Notes: a model not told the origin generated them from the letters alone. A stretch of 60,967 nt of DNA from Candidatus Nanopelagicales bacterium (GCA_041675125.1 JBAYUM010000001.1:1-60967), one strand, 5' to 3'. Counted from the stretch's first letter, positions 18,658 to 30,391 are shown. Numbers and translations are program-made.

Positions 18658-19163
18658 CGCTGGACTTCGCTCAGGAGCTCCCGCGCCTGGCTCGCATCGG
18701 GTTCTGAGTCACCCGCAATGCGGGCGATCTGAGGGACGATCAGGAACCAGGCAACTGCGTGCATGACCATCAGCCAGATCCTTGTCGACCAAAGCACCCC
18801 GCTCGGCTGCAGCGCTGGCCAGGCAATCGAAGCGATTGCGATCAGGCCACCAGCCCACAGCACCACCTGCTTGGCATGGCGCCGACCGAGCACCAGACTC
18901 GAAGCAAGGGCGCCCAGCACTGCCACCGCGAAGGGCACTGCCAGCGGCACGAACCAGGGCACGATCCGCAACTCGTCACCCTCGCGCGGTGCGGTGAGGA
19001 AGGGCACCCCAAGCAGCCTGCCAAGTCCATAGACGACAAGGGCGGCCAATCCGGCCCAGGCTCCCGTGACGACACCTGCATAGAGCAGGGAGCGCCACGT
19101 CGGGTTTGCCGACTTCGGCGGCGCGATTGGCGTCTTCGACGTCAGCCAAGGGCGGAAGGTCAT
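18654..19163 (-). CDS. Hypothetical integral membrane protein (about 4 TM helices), translationally coupled to ubiA
   Basis: 169-aa ORF with four hydrophobic stretches. Its stop overlaps the ubiA start as ATGA. I recognise no PAP2 (PSGH/SR..H) or clear GtrA motifs. Confidence 0.5.
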   Translation of the reverse strand: MTFRPWLTSKTPIAPPKSANPTWRSLLYAGVVTGAWAGLAALVVYGLGRLLGVPFLTAPREGDELRIVPWFVPLAVPFAVAVLGALASSLVLGRRHAKQVVLWAGGLIAIASIAWPALQPSGVLWSTRIWLMVMHAVAWFLIVPQIARIAGDSEPDASQARELLSEVQR

Positions 19164-19283
19164 GCCCCCATTGTGTCGAATGCCGTGCCCTGGTGTGCTG
19201 GTGAGGCAGGCCGAAGCCGTTGGGGAACTGTTTCGGCGCTGACGCCGTCATACTCGTCGTTACCCCAAGCCCCAGGAGGACTC

Positions 19284-19712
19284 ATGCGTTCCACTCTCGC
19301 TGTCGCCGCTGCCGCCACATTCGTCATCGGGGCAGCCCTTGCCCCACTGGCTCAGGCTGCCCCCGCCGCACCCAGCAAGACGAAGATCGTCGCCTGCACG
19401 AATGCCGGCACCGTGCTGGAGACCAAGCCCAAGTCGTACATCCTGACGTGTGCGGATGCCAACAGCCTGCTCAAGGATCTCAAGTGGTCCTCGTGGACTT
19501 CAGGCACGGCAAAGGCGACTGGCATCTTCCAGGAAAATGACTGCAAGCCGAACTGCGCTGCCGGGAAGTTCATCGACGCCCCCGCAACAGTCTCGCTGAC
19601 CGTGCCGAAGACGATTGACGGAAACCGGGTGTTCACCTCGATCACGGTGACCACCTCGAGCAACGGCAAGACGCACAGGCAGGTCTATGAGGCGCCACGC
19701 CTGACGAAGTAG
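19284..19712 (+). CDS. Small secreted protein with four Cys, unknown function
   Basis: ATG 19284 is preceded by AGGAGGA (19274-19280). The signal peptide is MRSTLAVAAAATFVIGAALAPLAQA. The mature part has C-x13-C and C-x3-C pairs. The 317-aa track ORF (18759-19712) is an artefactual upstream extension antisense to the membrane-protein gene. Confidence 0.6.
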   Translation: MRSTLAVAAAATFVIGAALAPLAQAAPAAPSKTKIVACTNAGTVLETKPKSYILTCADANSLLKDLKWSSWTSGTAKATGIFQENDCKPNCAAGKFIDAPATVSLTVPKTIDGNRVFTSITVTTSSNGKTHRQVYEAPRLTK

Positions 19713-19718
19713 CCGTCG

Positions 19719-21791
19719 GTGGGCCACTCGCGAGACAGGCGCGTAAGGTCGTCGAGTGGGCAGATGGAGCAGGGGATGAGCCGGCTGGTGCAGACAGGGC
19801 AGCCGACTCGGGTTCCCGTCGCCCTCATCGGCCTGGGACTCGTCGCAGCTCTCATCAGCGTGCTGTCGGTAGCCCTGGTGATCAGCGGCGGCGGCTATGA
19901 GCCACCTGCATCCGGGCTGCCCGATCCTGGACCCCTCGTGGTCTGGGGCACGCCGATCCTGCGGCTGCTGACCGACCTCGCAGCCCTGGCGACCATCGGC
20001 TGGCTGTTGGCTGCCAGCGTGCTGGACCCCGCCGGCAAGAAGGGAGTGGTCTCGCCTGCCGGAAGGCAGGACCTCGTGCGCGCTGGTACCGCGGCCTGCA
20101 TCTGGGCTGTTCTGGCTCTCGTGCAGATGGTCTTCGCACTGGCCGATGTCCTCGGACTGACCCTAGGCCAGGTGCTGAACCCTCAGCTCATCGCGACGTA
20201 CGCCAACGACATCCCGGCGACTCGGGCCCTGCTTGCAATCGCCCTGATCGCGGTCGTGGTCGCAGCAGGCTGCTTCGTGAGTTCGACAACCGGGGCCGGC
20301 CTCGGTTGGCTGGTGGTGTCGCTCCTCGCCGCCGCACTGCCGTCGCTCGGCGGTCACGGGTCGGGGCTCGGCGACCACGCCCTGGCACTGACATCCGGTG
20401 TCGCACACGTACTCGGCGCCTTCCTCTGGATCGGCGGCCTCCTGGCACTGGCACTGCATGCCCTGCGTCGTGACATACCCGTGCAGCGATCGGTCCAGCG
20501 GTTCTCCAGCATCGCTCTCATCGCCTTTGCACTCGTCGCGGCGAGCGGACTCGGCAACGCGTACACCAGGCTCGACTCAGCGTCGCAACTGCTCACCACT
20601 GGCTACGGCCAGATCACCATCGTCAAGGTCCTGGTGCTCGTCGCACTTGCAGCCATCGGCTGGCAGATGCGCCACCGCGTCGCCGCATCGCTCACGAGCT
20701 CACGCAGTCAGGTCTTCATTCGCGTCGCCGCACTCGAGCTGCTCACGATGGGCGTGGCGATCGCCTTGGGCGTCGCGTTGGCATCCTCGGCCCCACCGCG
20801 CATCGAGACGCAGTTCACGACCCTCGGCGAGAGTCTTCTCGGATTCGCGTACCCACCAGCGCCAACAGTGAGCTCTGTCGTCCTCGGCTTCCATCTCGAC
20901 CCCTTCTTCTTCACGGGATCACTGATCGCAGCAGGCCTGTACTGCTATGGAGTTGCACGTCTGCGCGCGCGCGGCGACAAATGGCCTTGGGGCCGCACCA
21001 TCTCGTGGCTGGGCGGCATCGGTGTCGTCATCTGGTGCACCAACGCCGGCATTGCCAACTACGCACAGGTGTCGATCGCCTTGCACATGACCGAGCACAT
21101 GACGATGGCCATGCTGGCACCGATCCTGCTCGTTCTCGGGGCACCGGCGACCCTTGCCCTACGAGCCTTGAAACCGTCACACGGAAACGAGCGTGGACCA
21201 CGCGAATGGCTTGTCTGGTTCCTGCACAGCTGGGTCACTCGACTGCTCACCAACCCGTTCTACGTGTTCTTCGTCTATGTCATCGGGCTCTACGGCCTCT
21301 ACCTGACCCCCGCCTTCGGCTGGCTCATGGGCAGCCACGTCGGGCATATCTACATGCAATTGCACTTCCTGCTCGCGGGCTACCTCTTCTACTGGGTGGT
21401 GATGGGCATCGACCCACGTCCGAAGCCACTGCCGTACTGGGGGCGCTTCATGCTCCTGCTGCTCGCCATATCCGTGCATGGCTTCTTCGCCGTCATTCTC
21501 ATGATGAGCTCTGACCTCTCACTCGCACCAGAGTGGTACGGGGTCGTGCAGCCTCCGTGGGTCACCAGTCTCGTGCAGGACTCGCTCATCGGCGGGCAGA
21601 TCGCCTGGGCACTGGCCGAGATCCCATCGATCATGGTGATGGTCGTCATCGCAGTTCAATGGGCTCGCAGCGATGACAGGGAGAATGCGCGAGCCGACCG
21701 ACAGGCCGATCGCGACGGCAATGCGGAGATGGTTGCCTACAACGAGCGCCTGGCTCGAATAGCCGAACGCGACCGGCGCCTGTCGCAGTGA
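19719..21791 (+). CDS. CopD-domain / cytochrome c oxidase assembly factor CtaG (caa3_CtaG) fusion membrane protein
   Basis: 690-aa polytopic ORF. The N-terminal half has CopD-like helices. The C-terminal half has HMTEHMTMAMLAPILLVLGAP and the FYWVVMGIDP style of caa3-type CtaG. The exact start is uncertain (GTG 19719). Confidence 0.75.
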   Translation: MGHSRDRRVRSSSGQMEQGMSRLVQTGQPTRVPVALIGLGLVAALISVLSVALVISGGGYEPPASGLPDPGPLVVWGTPILRLLTDLAALATIGWLLAASVLDPAGKKGVVSPAGRQDLVRAGTAACIWAVLALVQMVFALADVLGLTLGQVLNPQLIATYANDIPATRALLAIALIAVVVAAGCFVSSTTGAGLGWLVVSLLAAALPSLGGHGSGLGDHALALTSGVAHVLGAFLWIGGLLALALHALRRDIPVQRSVQRFSSIALIAFALVAASGLGNAYTRLDSASQLLTTGYGQITIVKVLVLVALAAIGWQMRHRVAASLTSSRSQVFIRVAALELLTMGVAIALGVALASSAPPRIETQFTTLGESLLGFAYPPAPTVSSVVLGFHLDPFFFTGSLIAAGLYCYGVARLRARGDKWPWGRTISWLGGIGVVIWCTNAGIANYAQVSIALHMTEHMTMAMLAPILLVLGAPATLALRALKPSHGNERGPREWLVWFLHSWVTRLLTNPFYVFFVYVIGLYGLYLTPAFGWLMGSHVGHIYMQLHFLLAGYLFYWVVMGIDPRPKPLPYWGRFMLLLLAISVHGFFAVILMMSSDLSLAPEWYGVVQPPWVTSLVQDSLIGGQIAWALAEIPSIMVMVVIAVQWARSDDRENARADRQADRDGNAEMVAYNERLARIAERDRRLSQ

Positions 21792-22537
21792 GCCGGTGCG
21801 CAGTGCGGCATGTCATCGGCTCCGCCGTGGTGGCTCTCGCACTGTCCGGCTGGGCCGGACCAGCCTTCGCTGATCAGCCAGCCGCCCTCGAGACCGTCAC
21901 GAGCTCGGATCAAGTGGTGCTGGTATCCGCGCCAGCGCTCACGTCGACCAAGGGAACCCTGCGCACCTACCAACGCTCAGCTGGGCGCTGGACGCAGATC
22001 GGCAGACCAACGCCGGTCTTCCTTGGCATCCATGGCCTCGTGGCCGGGAATCAGCGCATCCAGTCGACGGGCAAGACACCGATGGGCCGGTACCGCCTGA
22101 CCTCGGCATTCGGCAGGCAGCCCGATCCAGGGGCGCACCTCCCATATGTTCGTGTCGATCACGATGACGCGTGGACGTACGACCCGCGAGTGCCTGCGAC
22201 ATACAACCTCTTCCAGTCGGCGCCACGCCCATGGGCGTCCTATGGGAGATTCGTCGAGCACCTCTGGCAGATGGGACCGCAGTACGACTACGTCGTGGCC
22301 ACGGACTTCAACGCCCCGCCAGGACCGATCGTGCGCACTGCTGACGGGATCAACCGCGCTTCGCAACCCGCGAACACGCGCCGCGGTGGTGGGATCTTTC
22401 TGCACGTCTCCAAGGGAGTCCCGACGGCAGGATGCATCAGCATGCCCAAGGTGCGCATGCGCGAACTGGTCACCTGGCTCAAGCCTGCAAGCAATCCGAT
22501 TGTCGTGATCGGTCTGGAGCGTCAACTCACGAAGTGA
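21788..22537 (+). CDS. L,D-transpeptidase (YkuD) family protein, secreted
   Basis: The signal peptide is ...AVVALALSGWAGPAFA. The catalytic region GGGIFLHVSKGVPTAGCISMP carries the H ... G-C motif. The GTG start overlaps the upstream stop as GTGA. Confidence 0.8.
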   Translation: MSRCAVRHVIGSAVVALALSGWAGPAFADQPAALETVTSSDQVVLVSAPALTSTKGTLRTYQRSAGRWTQIGRPTPVFLGIHGLVAGNQRIQSTGKTPMGRYRLTSAFGRQPDPGAHLPYVRVDHDDAWTYDPRVPATYNLFQSAPRPWASYGRFVEHLWQMGPQYDYVVATDFNAPPGPIVRTADGINRASQPANTRRGGGIFLHVSKGVPTAGCISMPKVRMRELVTWLKPASNPIVVIGLERQLTK

Positions 22538-23336
22538 ATGAGCCGTGAATGCGCATGTCGCGCAGCACGGGAAACGACGTGCGCAGTTGCTCTGCCGCTG
22601 ATGCATCGACTTCCACGATGAGGATCGACTCTGAGTCATCGGCGCAGGCAACGACATCCCCTGCTGGGCTCACCACCTGCGAGCAGCCTCCGAGCGCTAT
22701 CTGGTCACCGACAGGTCCCTGCAGTCCAACCTCGTTGCACGCGAGGACCCACGCCTGATTCTCGATCGCTCGGGCACGCACCAGGACCTTCCAGTGCTCC
22801 AGGCGCGCCATGGGCCAACCGGACGAGATGACGAACGAATCTGCGCCTTCGTCAGTCAGGGCACGGAACAACTCTGGGAAGCGCAGGTCGTAGCAGGTGG
22901 CCAAGCCCGTCCTGCCAAGTGGCGTGCTCACGCATACGAGCTCATCACCACTCGAGAGCTCTGCAGCCTCCCCAGATTCGAAGCCGAACAGATGCACCTT
23001 GCGGTACGTCGCAATGCGCTCACCGGCCGGATCGAACACCAGGCTGGTGTTGAACAGATGCCCGTCGACTGCGAGCTCAGCGAAGGAGCCCGCATGCAGC
23101 CAGGCGCTAGCAGCCCTCGCCGCTGCGCTCATCCGCAATGCCAGATCCCCGTCCAGTGAGATCGCATCGGTCTTCGCCGCGGGAATGTCGAAGGCACCAA
23201 CGTGCCAGAGTTCGGGCAGCACAATCAGATCGGCCCGGGTGGCCGCCTGTGCCACCATGTCCAGGGCGCGGGCGCACCTCGACTCGACTGGCTCGGCGCT
23301 GGACACGTCCAACTGGATGAGCGCAACCGAGGTCAT
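22527..23336 (-). CDS. Carbon-nitrogen hydrolase (nitrilase superfamily) protein
   Basis: 269-aa ORF. The E-K-C triad contexts are LIVLPELW, YRKVHLF and LATCYDLRFPE. Confidence 0.85.
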   Translation of the reverse strand: MTSVALIQLDVSSAEPVESRCARALDMVAQAATRADLIVLPELWHVGAFDIPAAKTDAISLDGDLALRMSAAARAASAWLHAGSFAELAVDGHLFNTSLVFDPAGERIATYRKVHLFGFESGEAAELSSGDELVCVSTPLGRTGLATCYDLRFPELFRALTDEGADSFVISSGWPMARLEHWKVLVRARAIENQAWVLACNEVGLQGPVGDQIALGGCSQVVSPAGDVVACADDSESILIVEVDASAAEQLRTSFPVLRDMRIHGSFTS

Positions 23337-23453
23337 GCTGAAAGCCTATGACGCACCGACCAGATCCAGCCGATCCCACGATCCCCTGGAACCTGGAATG
23401 ACTCAGCGCCTGGCTTCTCCATGGCTGGTCATCGGTTAGGGCAGAATGGCCCA

Positions 23454-24122
23454 ATGCCCAGCCCCGTCGAGCCCATTCGCGTCTTCCTGCTTGATGACCA
23501 TGAAATCGTTCGCCGAGGTCTTGCTGATCTCATCAATCTCGAGTCCGATATGGAAGTGGTCGGCGAGGCCTCCTCGAAGGACGAGGCACTCCACCGGATC
23601 CCAGCCTCACGTCCGACAGTTGCCGTGCTCGATGTGCGGCTTCCCGACGGATCAGGTGTCGAGGTCTGCCGGGATATCCGATCCGACCTACCGGATGTCC
23701 GCTGCCTCATGCTCACCTCCTATGCAGACGATGAGGCGCTCTTCGACGCGATCATGGCTGGCGCCTCCGGCTATGTGCTGAAGGAGATTCGGGGAAACGA
23801 CCTCATGACGGCAATCCGCGAGGTGGCCGCAGGCAAGTCACTGCTCGATCCAGGCGCCACTCAAAGAGTCCTGGACCGGCTTCGCTCCGGCGACCAGCAG
23901 GATCAACGCCTTCAGGGCCTGTCAGATCAAGAGCACAGGATTCTGACCCTGATAGGCGACGGTCTCACCAACCGACAGATCGGCGAGACGATGCACCTTG
24001 CCGAGAAGACCGTCAAGAACTACGTCTCCAGCCTGCTGGCGAAACTTGGCATGGAACGACGAACCCAGGCCGCAGCGCTGGCCGCTCGCATGGCTGCCGA
24101 GCAGCACTCCAAGAACTCCTGA
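23454..24122 (+). CDS. Two-component response regulator, NarL/LuxR family (DosR/DevR-like)
   Basis: The receiver domain has [16 protein letters not shown] ... [11 protein letters not shown]. The C-terminal LuxR HTH is [47 protein letters not shown] 23454 gives the usual short N-terminus. The track start at 23421 is 11 codons upstream. Confidence 0.9.
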   Translation: MPSPVEPIRVFLLDDHEIVRRGLADLINLESDMEVVGEASSKDEALHRIPASRPTVAVLDVRLPDGSGVEVCRDIRSDLPDVRCLMLTSYADDEALFDAIMAGASGYVLKEIRGNDLMTAIREVAAGKSLLDPGATQRVLDRLRSGDQQDQRLQGLSDQEHRILTLIGDGLTNRQIGETMHLAEKTVKNYVSSLLAKLGMERRTQAAALAARMAAEQHSKNS

Positions 24123-24142
24123 GCATTGGGGCGAGCCAAGGT

Positions 24143-25867
<1,725 letters not shown>

Positions 25868-25886
25868 TCACCGTTCTCACATCTGC

Positions 25887-27656
25887 CTACTTGGACCTGA
25901 ACAGGGACCGGTCGGAGGCCACCAAAGCGATCTCCCGCTGAGCCTGCCATTGCTGTGCGAACCAGCCGGGCCCCACCTGGAGATCACGGCAAGCTCCCTC
26001 GGCAGTGATTCGTCCCTCCTGCATCTCGATCACCCGAGCCTCATCAGGGATGCCCAGAAGCGCATGGGTGATGGTCAGCGTCGTGAACGATGCAAGTTGC
26101 TCACGAAGCACCCCCTCCACGGAGTCCGCAGTGCCAAGATCCAGGTGCTCAGTGGGCTCATCCAGAATCACCAATGGGCGGGGTTCGACAATGAGTCGAG
26201 CAAGCGCGATGCGCTGCGCCTCGCCACCGGAGATCGCAGAGCCGAAGGCTCCAACCGAAGTCTCTGCGCCGTGCGGCAGGCGCGCGACCATGGTGTCCAG
26301 TTGAGCACCGCCGATCGCTGCCGAGACGACATCTTCCGCCAGAGCCCTTCGACCGAGTGTCACGTTCTCCTGGATCGTCGTATCGAAGATGTGCGCACGC
26401 TGTGCCAAGAGGCCCACGCGCTCGCGCAACTGGTCATGGTCAGAGTCCGCAATCTCCACGCCGTTGATGAGCGCAGATCCCGTGTAGGGCAGGAATCCCA
26501 TGAGGACCATGGCGAGCGTCGACTTGCCAGCGCCGCTTGGACCGACGAGAAAGACATGCTCGCCCTGATGGATGCTCAATTGGATTGATACGAGGTCCCC
26601 GTGGACGTCATTCGTCCATGAGGCATGGAGGTCCAGCAGGTCAAGGCCTTGGAAGCCTTCAGGAATTGCGCGTGGAGACGACGGCTCGTCAACGGGGGTT
26701 GGCATACCGCTGAGCGCTGCGATGCGAACCGCCCCCGCACGCACCCGCTGGAATGCAATCGCTGAAGCAGGAAGGGTGGCCAGGACGTCGAAGACCGCTA
26801 TCGGCAGCAGTGCGGCCACGGCAAGCCACACCGCATCCAGCCGACCGCTGGAGACAGCGGGGGTCACCAGACAGATTGCACCGACGACCGCGGCCCCTTG
26901 AACAACTGTCATCAGCGCACCCGCCAGTCCAAGTCCGAAGGCCTCGCGACGGCCGTGCATTGTGAGCTCTGCGTCGATGGTCGCGAGTCGACCAAGAGCC
27001 CGGTCACTGGCGCCGAGGGCATTCAGGTCTGCAACAGCAGAGAACCCGTTGACCATTGCAGCAGACAGTTCAGCGCGAACAGGAGTAAGGCGCTCCTGGG
27101 CTCGCAGAGTGAGGCGGGATATCAGCCATGGCACCAGGGTCAGGGCCATGAGCCCTACCGCCGCCATGAATGCGGCAAGCACGGGAAGCAGCCACCAGAA
27201 GAAGACCAGAGCACCCGCGACCACGAGCGCTGCCTGCAGCCATGGCAGTACCACGCGCAAAGGGAGGTCGACCGCGGAATCCACATCAGTCACCAGTCGG
27301 CGCAGGAGATCACCACGCCCGAAGTTGACCAGTCCACCGGGTGCAAGGCGTTCCAGTTGTCGATACACGGAGACTCGCAGGCCTGCGAGACCTCGGAAGG
27401 CTGCGTCATGCCCGGCCAGACGCTCGGCGTAGCGGAAGATCGCTCGAAAGAGCGCAAAGGCCCGCACCATGACCGCTGCCACAGTGAGCGTCAGGACTGG
27501 AGGTGCGCCTGCGGCAGTAGCAATCAGCCAACCCGAGGTGCCCAGGAGCGCCACTGCGCTGGCAGAGGCGATGAAGCCAAGGACCGCTGCGCCGGTGAGC
27601 TCTCGACCCTGCGCACGCATGGCCATCCAGACCTGCCATACCGGACTGCGCCTCAC
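25887..27656 (-). CDS. cydC: Thiol reductant ABC exporter subunit CydC
   Basis: 589-aa ORF with 6 TM helices plus an NBD (GPSGAGKSTL, SGGEAQRIALAR, LVILDEPTEHLD). It is the fourth gene of the cydABDC order and overlaps cydD by 4 nt. Confidence 0.85.
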   Translation of the reverse strand: MRRSPVWQVWMAMRAQGRELTGAAVLGFIASASAVALLGTSGWLIATAAGAPPVLTLTVAAVMVRAFALFRAIFRYAERLAGHDAAFRGLAGLRVSVYRQLERLAPGGLVNFGRGDLLRRLVTDVDSAVDLPLRVVLPWLQAALVVAGALVFFWWLLPVLAAFMAAVGLMALTLVPWLISRLTLRAQERLTPVRAELSAAMVNGFSAVADLNALGASDRALGRLATIDAELTMHGRREAFGLGLAGALMTVVQGAAVVGAICLVTPAVSSGRLDAVWLAVAALLPIAVFDVLATLPASAIAFQRVRAGAVRIAALSGMPTPVDEPSSPRAIPEGFQGLDLLDLHASWTNDVHGDLVSIQLSIHQGEHVFLVGPSGAGKSTLAMVLMGFLPYTGSALINGVEIADSDHDQLRERVGLLAQRAHIFDTTIQENVTLGRRALAEDVVSAAIGGAQLDTMVARLPHGAETSVGAFGSAISGGEAQRIALARLIVEPRPLVILDEPTEHLDLGTADSVEGVLREQLASFTTLTITHALLGIPDEARVIEMQEGRITAEGACRDLQVGPGWFAQQWQAQREIALVASDRSLFRSK

Positions 27657-29323
27657 TCGTGACCACCGCCGATGCGCACGACCTGATCCGCGATGGCCAG
27701 CATGGCTGGCCGGTGCGCGACAACCAGCACGACCGCACCGCGATCGGCTGCCTGGCGAATTGCCAGCAATACCGCCTGCTCGCTCTTCGCATCCAAGGCC
27801 GCAGTCGGCTCATCGAGGATGAGCAGCTCGGGCAGCCGCACCAGGGCGCGTGCGAGGGCCAATCGCTGCAACTGGCCAACAGAGAAGCCTGCACCGTCGA
27901 CATGCAGTTCGCGTGCGAGTCCACTGGGGTCGTGCGTCACTTCGTCCGCGATGCCTGCCTGCACCAGCGCATCCATCACCTCGCGATCACCTGCCGCAGG
28001 TGCTCCGAGTGCGACCACCTCACGGAGAGTGACGTTCGAGCGCAAGGAGGCAGACACCAGATGAGCTCGCTGAGGAACCCAGCCGATCGACGACCTCCAC
28101 GCCTCGAGGTCCACATCCTTCTGGTCAACGACCACATCGGTCTGCAGCCAGACGGACCCTTCAGTTGGCGGTATGAATCCCATGACAACTGCAAGCAATG
28201 TGGTCTTCCCCGCTCCCGAGGGACCGGCAAGGGCCGTGATCTGTCCCGCCTCGGCGCGAAAGGAGACCGGTGCAAGGGCTTGATGATCGCCGAATCTGAC
28301 CTGGAGATCAGTAACGCCAAGGGCTGCCACCGGTCCCTTCACCGTGACTGTGGCTTTCTCCATATCAGCATCAGGACCGATCAGGGCGAAGACGTGCTCG
28401 GCCGCACCCATGCCCTCAGCTGCAGCATGGAACTGCTGCCCGACCATGCGCAATGGCAGATAGGCCTCCGGAGCCAGGATCAGGATGAAGAGCGCAGTGG
28501 AGTACTGGATCTGCCCCTCAGCCAGTCGCAGACCGACGGATACGGCCACCAGGGCAACCGACAGGGTCGCCAGCAGTTCGAGGGCAAGTGAGGACAGGAA
28601 GGAGATGCGCAGAACGCCCATAGTCGAGGAGCGGTATTCCTCACCCATGGCACGGATGGCCCGTTCTTGATCCTTAGCCCGACCGAAGGCCTTCAGGGTG
28701 GGGAGCCCGGCCACGATGTCGAGGAAATGGCCGGACAGCCGGCCCAGGGTGCGCCACTGTCGATCGACTCGAGTCTTCGTGTACATGCCGATCAATGCCA
28801 TGAACAGTGGAATCAACGGAATGGTGACGGCGATGATGAGAGTGCTGAGGAGATCAGCGCCAACCATCACCCCCAGCACTGCGAGTGGCACCACTACGGC
28901 AAGGATCAGTTGGGGAAGGTACCTGGCGTAGTAGGCATCAAGGCCATCGATGCCACGGGTCATCAGTGTCGCAAGCTCACCTGGCTGTGTCCCCGCGGGA
29001 CCGTACGGACCAGCAAGGAGGATCTGCTCCGTCGCAGCGCTGCGGAGTTCCTGCTTCGCGGTAGCCGCAGACCTGAAGGCTGCCACCTCAGACCACCAGT
29101 TGAGCAAGGCTCGCACTGCGAAGACAGCTCCCAGCAGCCAGATCGCCGGCATGACGCTGCTCAGTCCAGCGCCTTCGGACGTGACGTCAACGATGATATT
29201 CGAAAGAACCCGAGCCTGGACGATCACGACAATCGAGGTGAGGACCCCGAGCAGCACCGCGAGCACGAGAAACCGACGACTGCTGCGTACGTACCGCAGC
29301 AGTCGCGGATCAATAGGCCTCAC
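27653..29323 (-). CDS. cydD: Thiol reductant ABC exporter subunit CydD
   Basis: 556-aa ORF with a TM domain plus an NBD (GPSGAGKTTLL, SVGQLQRLALARAL, LLILDEPTAALD). It follows cydB. Confidence 0.85.
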   Translation of the reverse strand: MRPIDPRLLRYVRSSRRFLVLAVLLGVLTSIVVIVQARVLSNIIVDVTSEGAGLSSVMPAIWLLGAVFAVRALLNWWSEVAAFRSAATAKQELRSAATEQILLAGPYGPAGTQPGELATLMTRGIDGLDAYYARYLPQLILAVVVPLAVLGVMVGADLLSTLIIAVTIPLIPLFMALIGMYTKTRVDRQWRTLGRLSGHFLDIVAGLPTLKAFGRAKDQERAIRAMGEEYRSSTMGVLRISFLSSLALELLATLSVALVAVSVGLRLAEGQIQYSTALFILILAPEAYLPLRMVGQQFHAAAEGMGAAEHVFALIGPDADMEKATVTVKGPVAALGVTDLQVRFGDHQALAPVSFRAEAGQITALAGPSGAGKTTLLAVVMGFIPPTEGSVWLQTDVVVDQKDVDLEAWRSSIGWVPQRAHLVSASLRSNVTLREVVALGAPAAGDREVMDALVQAGIADEVTHDPSGLARELHVDGAGFSVGQLQRLALARALVRLPELLILDEPTAALDAKSEQAVLLAIRQAADRGAVVLVVAHRPAMLAIADQVVRIGGGHE

Positions 29324-29365
29324 TCAGTCATTCTTGCTGAAGGTGCACAGCAGCACCAATCCCTG

Positions 29366-30391
29366 CTAGCTGGGGATCATTGCCGATGTCAGGCGCTTGC
29401 GGAAGACCCAGTACGTCCAGCCTTGGTAGAGCAGCACCAGAGGTGTCATGATCACCGCCACAACCGTCATCACGGTCAAGGTGTACGACTGGCTGGAAGC
29501 GTTGAACACCGTGAGATTGAACGCTGGGTCAATGGCGCTTGGCATGACATTCGGGTACAGGCCGAAGAACAGTGCGGCTACGGCAAAGACAATCGTTCCT
29601 GCACTCAGGATGAATGCCCAGCCATCCCGGCCCTTGAGCGTCGCAACCAGGCCGCTGAGCCACATAACGGCGGCAATGAGCACCAATGGCAGGGTCACGG
29701 CGACGCGCTCACTGAACGTCTGTGCCCACAGCAGCGCGATCACTGCGAATACGGCGGCAACCAGGCCAATGCGCACGGCCGCTTTGCGCGAGGCCTCGCG
29801 CACTTCACCGGAAGTCTTCAAGGCCAGGAATATCGCACCGTGCGTTGCAAACACCGTCAGCGTCATCAGGCCGACGATGACAGAGAACGGATTGAGCAGA
29901 TCGAAGAATGAACCTACGTAGTTGATGGAACCAGCATCAGCAGCATTCGCTGATGTCGATGCAATCTGCGACCCGCCGACGATGTTGCCGAAGGCAACCC
30001 CGAACAGCAGGGCAGGCAGACTGGAGCCGACGACGATTGCTGCATCCCAATTTCGGCGCCAGTTGACGTCGTCCTTCTTTCCGCGATATTCGAATGCGAC
30101 GCCTCTCAGAATCAAGGCCAGCAGGATGAGGAACAGGGCGAGGTAGTAGCCGCTGAACATCGTGGCGTACCAGAGCGGAAAGGCTGCGAACGTCGCGCCA
30201 CCGGCAACCAGTAGCCAGACCTCATTGCCGTCCCAGACGGGCCCGATGGAGTTCACCATGACTCGGCGACTGACGTCGTTGCGCCCAATGATCGGGAGCA
30301 GCATCCCGACGCCGAGGTCGAAGCCATCGAGTACGAAGTATCCGATCCACAGCACGGCGACCAGAATGAACCAGACGGTTACGAGTTCCAT
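29366..30391 (-). CDS. cydB: Cytochrome bd ubiquinol/menaquinol oxidase subunit II
   Basis: 341-aa polytopic ORF that opens with MELVTVWFILVAVLWIGYFVLDGFDLGVGMLLP, the canonical CydB N-terminus. Confidence 0.9.
   Translation of the reverse strand: MELVTVWFILVAVLWIGYFVLDGFDLGVGMLLPIIGRNDVSRRVMVNSIGPVWDGNEVWLLVAGGATFAAFPLWYATMFSGYYLALFLILLALILRGVAFEYRGKKDDVNWRRNWDAAIVVGSSLPALLFGVAFGNIVGGSQIASTSANAADAGSINYVGSFFDLLNPFSVIVGLMTLTVFATHGAIFLALKTSGEVREASRKAAVRIGLVAAVFAVIALLWAQTFSERVAVTLPLVLIAAVMWLSGLVATLKGRDGWAFILSAGTIVFAVAALFFGLYPNVMPSAIDPAFNLTVFNASSQSYTLTVMTVVAVIMTPLVLLYQGWTYWVFRKRLTSAMIPS

Noticed and set aside
18654-19163. Assignment of the 169-aa membrane protein upstream of ubiA as the PAP2 phosphatase (Rv3807c-like) or a GtrA-type flippase (Rv3789-like).
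   Set aside because: I find none of the PAP2 motifs (KxxxxxxRP, PSGH, SRxxxxxHxxxD) and no convincing GtrA N-terminal pattern. It is left as a hypothetical membrane protein.
23436-23455. TTAGGGCAGAATGGCCCAAT upstream of, or overlapping, the response-regulator start, considered as a possible autoregulatory DosR box.
   Set aside because: Its half-sites (TTAGGGC / TTGGGCC) match the GGGAC/GTCCC core poorly. The element overlaps the preferred start codon at 23454. It is not comparable in quality to the sites at 31886 and 51218.
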